This document shows positions 23,195-33,500 of a stretch of DNA of 64,000 bases, in pieces; position 1 is the first letter of the stretch; the number at the start of each line of letters is the position of its first letter. The stretch comes from Epithemia pelagica (lineage: Eukaryota; Protista; Bacillariophyta). The DNA lies in contig OX337234.1 of assembly GCA_946965045.2 (NCBI GenBank), positions 1,426,001 to 1,490,000 of the forward strand, in the 5' to 3' direction. The notes beneath the pieces were generated by a model. It saw only the letters and a program-made list of their open reading frames with translations, searched no databases and was not told where the DNA came from. A program made the translations under genes and the position numbers.

Positions 23195-25047
23195 ATGACA
23201 CGCAACAAGAAAACCAAGCACGCGATACACAAAAAGAAGAGGAAAACTAAAACTAAGCGAACAAAGAAGCTGGAAAAGGAAGAGGAGGGAAGAAGCGCTG
23301 CCACGCAAACACCACAACAAACTCGTTTGGAGCCTACGACCGAAGCATCACATGCCCCTCCTTCTCTTGAACCTTGCAGAAACGAAAACGAGCAATCAAT
23401 TGAGACAAAGGAGGACAACATTACCACAAAGGAACAGGAACAAAGCTCTCAACAAGAAACTTACAAGGCAAACGATAACAAAGACGACAATGAGGAATCC
23501 CTCATTTGGGAGCAGCAAGAACGTCGAATTGCTGCCAAGAGACGATGGAATCCAGAAGACGAATTCATGGACGAGTCGAAACCTTCAAAACAGCAACATA
23601 AGAAGGAGCATGACTTTCCTTTGCGCGATTGTTCTCAACTCTGGGTATCGTCCACCACCTATCAGTGTGCCTTGTACGGTCCCCACGCGGCCAAGACGGA
23701 ACTCTTCCTCAACGAGGACAACCACCATCTCCCAAACACAACGTTTCGGACAAAGTGTTGTATTCCCTGTGCCTACAAGGTGGCATGTTTTGATGTCGCT
23801 CTGGATCATAGACTGACACACCAAGTCCCCAATCAACGACCCGAAACCTGTCCCCGACTGTCACACAGTCCTTCCTCGTCGTCCGCGACTCCGCCACAGT
23901 CACCTCAAACTTGGTTTCAACCTGGAATGCAGATTTTGACCGTGGGAGATGGAGATCTGTCCTTTAGTTTGGCACTGGCACGGCAGTTGTTGGAGCCACC
24001 TGTTGCAGCGGGCACCACCCAGGATGGAGATAAGGATCCCCCAAAACCTTTTCCCATAACTCGCATTGTAGCTTCTGTCTACGAGTCCAAAGAAACCTTG
24101 CTTCGTGTCTATCCCAACTTTGAAGAAATTGTGCAAGAACTGGAAGGCTACGACCATGTTCGAATCGTGTACCAAGTGGATGCCACGAGATTGCAGGCTC
24201 ACAAAAAGGAATTGTTGTCAGCGTCCAACTCGGATCCTACCAGCAAAAGGCGTTCCTTTGATTGTATTGTGTGGAATTTTCCTTGTACGGCGGTGGCTTC
24301 GGGTCAAGATGGACAAAATCAAGAATTGGAAGAGAACAAACACTTGATCTCCGCCTTTGTGCAACAACTTTGTACGGACCATGACGACGAAAATGAGCCC
24401 TGTTTGTTGAATTCCTATACAGGGCATGTCGTCATGAATCACAAAACCAAGGTAGGTTTCCTTTTGTATAGGCGAAGTGATACACTTCGCATCAGAAGAA
24501 CGTCTCACCGTATTTACCTTTGTTGCCATCCTCGCCCTTCTATACCTTCACTTTCTTGGATGTATAGCCACCCTTTAATCAATGGAAATTGGAGGACACG
24601 GTGACTGAAGCTTCCTCCTCCTCTGCGGGTGATACGACGAGCTCCACCCAACGATTGTCGTATTGGGGCCGTGTCGTATGGGACCGTGCCTTGTTTCCTC
24701 CTCATGTACCACGCAAGGCCTTGCATTCCAAAAGTTTTGCCAACCACGATGCCTGTAGCTACATTTTCACTACCAACAACACCAAAGCTCAAGAGGAGGA
24801 CGAATCAGACCCAAACAACAAGTCGGTGTCGTTGAACTTGGAGGTATGTCGTGATGGCACGAAGCCAAAGTCAATGGAGCCATATCTCCTTCCTGTGACG
24901 AGAGAACGAATTCAAGTTCTCCGGTCCAAGTTATTGGAGCAAGTACAAGAAAAACAACTATTCCAAACCTTACGGAGGACTCGTGCGCCACCCCATGGAG
25001 GAGGAATCCAGACGAAAAAGCGAAAACGCCGACATGGCCGACAATGA
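23195..25047 (+). CDS. 25S rRNA uracil-N3 methyltransferase BMT5-like (DUF2431); intron 24452-24567
   Basis: ILTVGDGDLSFSLAL, VDATRL, FDCIVWNFPC, HKTK|PPFNQW. Confidence 0.8.
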
Positions 25048-25482
25048 CACACTGCAAGCGATTTGATCCTATCGACAGTACTCAGTGCACGAAGCATGTG
25101 GGATTTGATCCTATCGACAGTACTCAGTGCACGAAGCATGTGGAGGCCGGTCCAAACAAATGTTGCTGTTCGACCACAACCCTCGAAAGTTACACCTTTC
25201 AAGTGAAAGCATCTATCGACATGGAGACAATTCCCAGATGGAGACGTCGCTACCTTCCTGCCTCTTGTCTTGTCCTGACACAGAAAACACTCCATTTCTG
25301 CAGTTTGAGTCGCCACACGTTCCATTTTTTACGGCGTCGAGACTGCAAGAGGTATAGTCCTCAGCTAGCATAGCTGCATTGTCAAATAATTCAAGTTCGT
25401 CGTCATGGTCAAAAGATACCTTTGTTCCATCCACGGTCGAACGGTCGACGATCGATCGGGGTCGTCGTTGTGGTGAAAAGAT
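25042..25482 (+). repeat. Deleted duplicate of the IGPS locus flanks (A 25042-25372; 14-nt IGPS scar 25373-25386; B 25382-25482)
   Basis: A matches 27036-27413 and B matches 28837-28937. The junction GCTGCATTGTCAAA equals 28185-28198. A 42-bp tandem duplication lies at ~25060-25143. Confidence 0.9.
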
Positions 25483-25737
25483 CTCTGAAGGAACTGTATG
25501 ACAGAGGTGATATAGATCCCGAGGATCTGTACCACGAATGTTCGAACATTCACGGAAAGCAGGCGAAACGGAAGAAAGTGGACGTGGGTCTGTTGCCGTA
25601 CTACAATGGAGACCCAGAGCACGTCGCACGTGAATAAACTCCATGATAGCTAAGTACATCAACTGTTCCATCAGAACACGTCCGATGGTGTCCGGACAAA
25701 AAAACATATAGGGAAATTCAGTCATAAAATGAGTGTT

Positions 25738-26646
25738 TCATCGTGTTAATATGTCGTGCGGAGTTCCAAGTTCCAACTTTGCTTCGTATGTAGAAATGGC
25801 ATCTCCCGGACTGATTCCGTGTCGGTTCTGAAGAAAGCCGTAACCTAAGGTTGCATTAGGATGTTTCAATTGAAGGAGAGCTTCGAGTTGCGGTACTGTC
25901 CAGTTAAAATCTGCCCACTCAATATCGTCCTGACCTTGCTGCCACGGCACCGACGTAAAACAAGGGTGTGGAATGATTTTCCCACCGTTAAGTTTCACCA
26001 GAGCACTTGCCGTTTCTCTTCTGTTTGATGAAATTATACAGGTAATGGACCGATCACCGGCAACTGTCTGAAATAAGTTTTGAATGAAGCTCATGGTCGC
26101 TCCAACCCCGTCCAAACCCCCGTCTGAGACATTCACCTCATCGATAACCAAGAACGACTTTGGCCTTCGCGGGCCTTTCGCATCTCTTGTTGATAAAGCT
26201 GACACCAAGGCATCTACGATGTCTCCACTGTCGCATGTCGTGCTCAATTGTTGCTGAATCGCCTCAACGATGTTGATGGACTTTTCCACATTTATGTACA
26301 GACCAGCTCGACCATTGTCTAAATGATTTTCGATAAAGTCCTGCAACGCGGCAGACTTCCCGTTTTCCGCCCTTGCCCAGATGACATAAGTTTTCCCTGG
26401 GAGGTACCCATCCCCCGGCATATTGGTGAGCTTTTGCAAAACAGGGCTTTGTGTAGCATTCAAGTACACTCCTCCGTAGGCTCCAACAAGTCTTGCATTT
26501 TCGTTTTTAGATAGTCGCTTCAGCTCAGTGATGAGTGCGGATTTCGTGCTGGTAGTGTTCAAGACTTGCTGGGTTTCACCGCAGAAATTCCCTCCAGCGA
26601 TCATCCCAGTGCAGGCACCTTCCGCAAAAGATAGAACTTGTCCCAT
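25738..26646 (-). CDS. P-loop NTPase (AAA/STAND-like, variant Walker A)
   Basis: YVIWARAENGKSAAL (Walker A-like) and FLVIDE (Walker B); intronless, 302 aa. Confidence 0.7.
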   Translation of the reverse strand: MGQVLSFAEGACTGMIAGGNFCGETQQVLNTTSTKSALITELKRLSKNENARLVGAYGGVYLNATQSPVLQKLTNMPGDGYLPGKTYVIWARAENGKSAALQDFIENHLDNGRAGLYINVEKSINIVEAIQQQLSTTCDSGDIVDALVSALSTRDAKGPRRPKSFLVIDEVNVSDGGLDGVGATMSFIQNLFQTVAGDRSITCIISSNRRETASALVKLNGGKIIPHPCFTSVPWQQGQDDIEWADFNWTVPQLEALLQLKHPNATLGYGFLQNRHGISPGDAISTYEAKLELGTPHDILTR

Positions 26647-27035
26647 GGTGAAAGTTATATATTGTCATCAGTGGTTGGTTCTGGAATTCCTGCTACTGAT
26701 GCATCATGTCCATAAACCATTCGGTGCTTTCTCTTGGCCGCTTTTTCACTACCCCCTAGCGGAAGGGTGAGTCCTGGTCGTGAATGAGAGAGGGTGCATG
26801 TTGTTCGTGGAAGCCGGCAGAGGGTCGGGTCACTGCTACAAGGGTCCCTTGGAGCATTGTAGAGATAGGAGCGAAATGTCGGTGGCGATTGAAAGGGTCC
26901 ATGGCTGTTGTTACAACTTACAACCACAGCAAGATGGGCCTCGTGGTGTTTGCGTGGTGGTTTTGTCAAAGTCGCCGATTTTGCGCCTTGGGGGTGAGTA
27001 ACAGATTGCACACACCGTCATTCAGGACCAGGACT

Positions 27036-27413
27036 CAATGAACACTGCATCCTATCGATATTACTCAGTGAACGAAGTATTTGGAGGCCCGTCCAAAACA
27101 GTTGCAACCACACGACATTGATGGGGACCACAAGACCATCCTTCTTTCGAACCTTAACAGTCTTGTGCTTGCATCTGCAGCACATCCTCCAACGGTTGCT
27201 GTTCGACCAACCGTTAAAAGTTATGCCTTGCCCAGTGAAGGCATCTATCGACATGGAGACAATTCCCAGATGGAGACGTCGCTACCTTCCTGCCTCTTGT
27301 CTTGATCTGACACAGAAAGCACTCTATTTCTGCAGTTTGAGTCGCCACACGTTCCATTTTTTACGGCGTCTATCACTGTAGAGACTGCAGAGGTATAGTC
27401 CTCAGCTAGCATA
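27036..27413 (+). repeat. Segment A', paralog of 25042-25372
   Basis: Near-identical core GCATCTATCGACATGGAGACAATTCCCAGATGG...GGTATAGTCCTCAGCTAGCATA. Confidence 0.9.
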
Positions 27414-27475
27414 ACGACGAACTGTAGTCTATTGGAATGAGCGTTGTTGTTTCTGAGTTTTAGTTCTAGGCTTGT

Positions 27476-28822
27476 TTATTGGTATACGCCCGTGGTATTG
27501 TGTTCATTTGGGAGATTTGGTTTGGGACCGGGCATGACATTGCCGTCTGGATCAAATTCGACTTGTTCCAATCCCCAACTCGACAATTCAGCCGGTAACA
27601 AGGTCCGATCTCGTACCACACGAATGAGTTCGGGTGCCAAAGGCGATCCCATGACGGCTCGACCTACCACGACGCCATCGTATCCCACCGCCAAATGTTG
27701 TTTCAAATCTTGTGCCGTTTCCAATCCACCAGTGGCCAAACAAATGATTGGTCCTCCTGATCCTGGAAACAAGCCCGCCAATTGCTTGGCTTGATTGGGA
27801 TGGTAGGTTTGTGATACCCGATCATAGTTGTTGACCAGTATGGTGGGTGCCAAGAGTTCCAAGGCTCGCTCGACTTCATTTTTGGTGTGACATTCCACAA
27901 CGGTTTCCAAGCCAATCGTGGTGGCCAAATCTAAAAACTGTTCCAATGATGCTCCCAATACACTGGACATGAGGACAATGCCATCGGCACCGGCCTCCAG
28001 GGCCAATCCCAGTTGCATTTCATCCACCACAATATCTTTCATAACCACAGCCGCGTGAGGATTGGTCTTCTTGACCAATTGAACGGCTGACTTCAATTCT
28101 GTCATATCTCCGCCATAGGCTGGAAAGTCGGTATTGATAAACACGACATCGGCACCCAGTCGCACCATGGCTTCGGCGACCATGGCTGCATTGTCAAAGG
28201 AACAGTAGGTCTCATGAGGATGCCGTCCCAAACGACTGTACCGTTTAATATCAACAATAAAGCTTGCTCGGCGCATGCTCATTTCTTGCAAGCCATATTC
28301 GTGCATTCGTTCCTTTCGGGTTACCTCGTCATTATTCTCGTCCTCCAACGAGGGTGCACGGTAGTTGGGATTGGCTGGATTATGTTCGTCGTCGTAGACA
28401 CGTCGCAAAGCCTTGGCCAGTCGCATCTTCGAGGGAGATTCTTGTGCATAAGACATGGCCATACGAACCGGATCGGTTGTGGATTTATGCACATTGTATA
28501 ATTGCTTGATTTCGTATTCTTTGCGATGAACGGCCGAATAAATGTCTTCTTGTTTGCCTTCCTTGGGCGATCGTTCAGCACGGAGACGACGGGAGGAAGA
28601 AGAGGAGGATTGCCTGAAACAAGTGGATTTTAATCTCGTCGGCGGTGCGGAATCGTTCTGGACAGGAAGACGACCACCAAACGTGAGGGGCTGTACGACA
28701 AAGGATGCACCGTTCACGAAAACACCAAAGTTACAATTCAGGAACGAGCAATGACCCAAAAGACAACTTAAGACCAGCATGCAATATATTATGGTCGTGA
28801 TGAAGTGATTCTGCCGACTCAT
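27476..28822 (-). CDS. Indole-3-glycerol-phosphate-synthase-like protein (divergent), probably plastid-targeted
   Basis: TIM-barrel motifs IVDIKR, VMKD, GADGIVL, VVECH, VNN, DGVVVGRA; signal peptide ...NGASF. Confidence 0.8.
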   Translation of the reverse strand: MSRQNHFITTIIYCMLVLSCLLGHCSFLNCNFGVFVNGASFVVQPLTFGGRLPVQNDSAPPTRLKSTCFRQSSSSSSRRLRAERSPKEGKQEDIYSAVHRKEYEIKQLYNVHKSTTDPVRMAMSYAQESPSKMRLAKALRRVYDDEHNPANPNYRAPSLEDENNDEVTRKERMHEYGLQEMSMRRASFIVDIKRYSRLGRHPHETYCSFDNAAMVAEAMVRLGADVVFINTDFPAYGGDMTELKSAVQLVKKTNPHAAVVMKDIVVDEMQLGLALEAGADGIVLMSSVLGASLEQFLDLATTIGLETVVECHTKNEVERALELLAPTILVNNYDRVSQTYHPNQAKQLAGLFPGSGGPIICLATGGLETAQDLKQHLAVGYDGVVVGRAVMGSPLAPELIRVVRDRTLLPAELSSWGLEQVEFDPDGNVMPGPKPNLPNEHNTTGVYQ

Positions 28823-28836
28823 TACAAGATTCCTTT

Positions 28837-28937
28837 TCAAATAATTCAAGTTCGTCGTCATGGTCAAAAGATACCTTTGTTCCATCCACGGTCGAACGGT
28901 CGACGATCAATCGGGGTCGTCGTTGTGGTGAAAAGAT
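28837..28937 (+). repeat. Segment B', paralog of 25382-25482; immediate upstream region of the IGPS-like gene
   Basis: TCAAATAATTCAAGTTCGTCGTC...GTGGTGAAAAGAT, about one mismatch to B. Confidence 0.9.
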
Positions 28938-29444
28938 GTCTGTCACAAAGTGGGGCGTACTGTCCATCAGTGGGGTTGACGGGCTATCATGTAGCGCGCG
29001 TGTCGGCATGGGAAAAAATTCCCACTGTCACCATAATTTCCAAATCTGTGTTTGTAGGGTTCCACGTGGAATTCTTCGAATTTCGGTCTACTCTCAAGCA
29101 GGGTTGAGGTCGCAGATGCGTCGTGCAACTACTTTTCACATATATTCTCACCTAAACGTGCGACTGACCTGGTCGCCCCTGCTTGGGAGTAGATTCTCCT
29201 CTCCAACAACCCATTCGTTTTGTCTGTGAGGGAAACGGCGTTGAATCATGTCTTGTGAATTTCGCAACAACGAGAAATATGTGAAATGTCGCACGGGCTC
29301 GTTAAGATCAAGCCTTCTCAGAAAAACGCGAAACACAGGTCCCGGCAACAGGGTTTTTATTCAATTTTCTCACCTTCCCGCTGAACTACTACGAGAAATA
29401 AGAGTAACACTGACAGCAGCACCACCGGAACCATCACTGGCACC

Positions 29445-30278
29445 ATGAGCTACAAAGTTTGGGTAGCATGGGAGGACTTCAACGGGGAACATCGAAGCGC
29501 TGAAGTCGAAAACCTCGACAACGACGCTATTGTTGACGATCTGAGAAACCGATTTGTCAGGGATCGTCGACTCGAAATCGATGCCGCCACCGTGGATGTT
29601 TTCAAAGTTGAAGGCGTCATCAATAACAAGCTGAAAGCAGGTGTTTCGTTGTCCCCCTACTTTGTGACGGCGAACAAAGCAGAGGAACATTTATCGGGAC
29701 ACAGCGAAGACAACGCTCTTATTGTGACGCTGCCCAAACAACAACAACAACCGGTGAGTGGCAGGTAAGTTCTGTTCATGCTTGTAGAACTGAACTGAAA
29801 TGAATTTGATTTACTTTTATGTGGTCGATTCTGTTGATGCATGTTTGCTCAAACTGCATATATGTTTGTCTTTTACTCATTTTCAAAATCATCAAATCTT
29901 GGAACCTGTGCGCGCTATCGCGTTCTGTTTGTTTTGTCGATTTTCTCGTTGGAATCCACACAATCGGGCAGCAGACGCAGTATAGTGAATGGCAAGAGGA
30001 GTTTCGGGCATTGAAAAAGCTTATCGTCGAGAAAACAGTAGACGAATCGAGAGCTCTAAGCTATGCGGAGTACTACGACGAAAAAATGCGAGAGGGTAGG
30101 ATCGAAACCTGGCGTCCAACACTTAAAAACGCCACCGAGTGCACCCAACTACCAGTGTACCTTATGCAAGCTCCAAGTGGATCTGAAAAGGATACCGTCA
30201 AGCCATTTTGGAAGGATGTTTTGAGCCGACACCAGCTCCTCCCGGCATGGAAAAACGGTTACGAGATTGCACATTTGG
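29445..30278 (+). pseudogene. 5' part of a Crinkler-like gene (ubiquitin-like header, poly-Q, start of REase domain) interrupted by the LTR element
   Basis: Header MSYKVWVAW...VDDLR...VDVF...L.PYF...LIVTLP-QQQQ; intron from 29754; ...YEIAHL stops at the TSD. Confidence 0.7.
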
Positions 30279-30515
30279 TGCGAGTAGTGGAAAAGAACGG
30301 CGGTCTCTTTCCCATTGAGCAATCCGTAAAAGGATACTTATTCTGATAATCACTATTATGTTAGTCCTAAATTCTCACTAAATTCACTTGGATCTTTTCT
30401 TCAATATCTTTTGGATGAGTCATTCCATCCAACCGTTCACATATACGTCGCTCATCATTCGTGATTGATGAGTCTTGTTGCCGAATATAAGCTTGCTACC
30501 CCAGCTATACTCGCA
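30279..30515 (-). repeat. 3' LTR
   Basis: TG...CA with 8-bp terminal inverted repeat; one difference from the 5' LTR. Confidence 0.97.
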
Positions 30516-30524
30516 CTCCCTCTC
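30516..30524 (-). other. Polypurine tract
   Basis: GAGAGGGAG on the minus strand directly before the 3' LTR. Confidence 0.85.
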
Positions 30525-30540
30525 AAGCGCAATATCTCGG

Positions 30541-33500
30541 CTACCATCCACACAGTAGCTTCCGAATTGTTTCAAATGTATCTTTCGTCAGACCCTTTGT
30601 CATGATGTCTGCCCGTTGCTTCGATGTCTCGATCTTTTCAACCGTGACTCGATTCGGCTTTAAGTGCGATCGAAACCAGTGCATTCGAATCGCATAGAAC
30701 TTTGATCTTGGTGTGAACCTGCCCGGCTCCATGTTCGCGAGCGTCAGGGCACCATTGTTATCTTCCCACACTGTGGTCTTGAATTTCGTTCTCTGATCTT
30801 CTGTCATGCCGACACCTCGTGCCACAGTTTTCAAAAGATCCAAAAGAGGCAACACAGATTTCATCGCCACACTGAGCGCTGTGTATTCCGCCTCCATTGT
30901 TGATGTTGCAATATCCGATTGCAACTTGCTTTGCCAAATAACTGGACAGTTTGCGATGCAGATGGCAAACCCAGTTCGGCTCTTGACACATGACGGATCC
31001 ATCTTATCCTCATGTGGCCACAGACCCGCGAAGTCTGCGTCAACGTAACAATCAACGTTGAGATTGTCGTAAGTTGGACGGAGAATGAGCCCTTTCTCCA
31101 TTGTCCCTTTCAAATATTGCCCAATCCTCTCTAACGCTTCTTCGTGTGTTGTCTTAGGATCATGGGTGTATCGTGCACATTGACTGACGGCATATGTGAT
31201 GTCGGGTCTTGAATGTGCTTGCAAGTATTGCAGCATTCCAATAACGCTTGGATAGCTGAATTTGCACTGTGCTGGAGTCCCATTTTTGTTTGCCACCAGA
31301 GGATCCTTCGATGCTGGTGTCCGTTTCATGGGTTTGTCTCCGATGTGGAGCGCCTCTACAATTCGCTTAATAAGGCCTTTCTGCGTCAACGTGATAGTGC
31401 CATCACTATCGTTGCGTTCAATGTGTACGCCGAGAAATCCGGCTACACTGTCTTCGATCTCGAGTGTCACGTTCTGTTGATTCTGGAGTTTCCCAAGAAA
31501 CTCATCAATCCACTCGCGTTTGGGGCTGTAAATCAATGTGTCGTCCACATAGACCAGCACGATTATTTTGTCGGACATGAACAGACACGGGTCAATGTGT
31601 TCCTGCGATTTAAGTCCGACTTGTTCCAATTTGCTTTTCAGATGAAGGAAGAAGTTGCGTGGTGCCTGCTTTAGGCCATACAACGATCGTGTAAGTTTCA
31701 GGACTTTCCCTGGTTGCGCAAACCCTCTCGGCATCTCAACATACACGCCACTTTTCTTTTGTTCTTCTTCTGTCATCTTGTCCCAATTGGGATCCTTGTC
31801 AATCGGCGCATGTACAAATGCTGCCGTGTAATCAACTTGTACCGTGGACAGATTCAAAATGATGGAAAGAATCATCATTAGACGCACAGTCGTCCAATTC
31901 ACAACGGGTGCAAACGTGTCAAAGAAATCGACTCCTTCGACTTGTTTGTCCCCCCGTGCACAAAACCGTGCTTTCAATTTGCGTACGGATCCATCGGGAT
32001 ACCGTTTGCACTTGAATGCCCACGTGCCAGGTAAGACATTCATCCATGTCTCTCTTGCCACGACTTCCCATGCTTTCATTTTCTCATGAAGCGTGTTGTA
32101 TTCTTTCTTGCAAGCCTCCCAGTACCCGTCTTTGTCGGGACCGTTCATGGCTTGTTCCCATGAGGGATTGTCTGCAGCATCGGCCTTGGTTGCCAATGCC
32201 ATAGGATGCATCTCTTCAATCCAGCGTGTGTCCGGATCCGTATGACGATCCAGCCACAGGTCCATTGCCAATAGGTCTTTGGATTTGGACGCGATTGCGC
32301 TGGTCAGAGTGTCCCAGGTAAGGGATTGGAGGAACTGTGCATTTAACAGCTCTCGTCTCACTTTTTGCTTTGGCCTTGTTGACCCACGAGGAAAGTAAGC
32401 AGTCGATGCCCACAATCGCTCATCGAACAAGTGACGATTGGGACGACGTTCTCTTTTGCCTCTCCCATGTGATTCTGGATCGGGTTCGGCAAAATGCCTA
32501 TTACGGCGTTCAATCTCTTCTTGTCTTGTCGTGCTGTCATCGTCTGAGTCGTCTTCAAAAACGATCTCATGTTCTGCTTCGTCGGCTTCTCCCTCTGGAG
32601 GCAACAATTCACCATTTGGAGCTCCCTCTGGAGGCAACAATCCACCTGTTTGATCTTGACTTGGCAATTCACCGGGTTCTGCAGGTGGGTCTGGTCCTTG
32701 CCCTCGCTCTGTTGGCTGTTCCAGTGGAGGTTGGAAGCGAACATGGTTCCTTGTGGCTCGGCCTCTCCCCCCGTCAACAGACGTTGGAACAGGAACAATA
32801 GGTAAAGGAGGAGTGGGCAAGGGACGAGGAGGACGTGACTGACGTCGGGCATTCCGTTCCGCAATCTCGGAATCGGTCATCCACTCGTCGCCAAGCTCCA
32901 AATTACCATCATCATCATCGTCGTCAGGCAGGTTAGATTCAGTGCCCGCCGCTAGCAGGCGTTGCCAAAAGTCACCGTTCAAATTTGGCTCATCTAAGAG
33001 TCCGCCAGAATCGGCATTAGGGACCGTAGAAAATAAATCATCGTAGACCACATGATATTGTGAGCTGATGAATCCCGAACGAAGATTGAGTATACGACCA
33101 ACAGTAGTAGAATGGTCGGGCGAAATCCCAAGAAACTGACCACGTCGTGCCTTGGCTTGCCATTTAGGCAACTTCTTTCCGTCCTGAAGCTTGGGGTCCA
33201 GGACATACACAGGACATCCCCATACGTGACTCCGCTGAAGGTGGTGAAAATCGGAGAATGTGATGCCAGAGAAGATTTCAAGTGGAGCGATGTTCGTCCG
33301 GCGATTCGGAAGGTGGTTCCATAGCCAGACGGCGTGCTCTACGGCAAAGGGCCAAAGATGCAAGTGCATTTGCTCGGGCCAGTGAATGGTCGCGTGTAGT
33401 AACATAGTACGGGCCCAAGACATCGTGGTCTTTACTGCCCTTTCCGCGACTCCATTCTGGTGATGTGCCCCAACGCCTGAGAAGCTGATACGTTGACCAC

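Noticed and set aside
25060-25143. 42-bp direct repeat as a CRISPR array
   Set aside because: Two adjacent copies, no spacers, no cas genes, eukaryotic context.
25213-25725. 170-aa minus-strand ORF as a real gene
   Set aside because: It is a chimera of insert sequence, IGPS upstream flank, the scar (FDNAAM) and downstream flank; no evidence of function.
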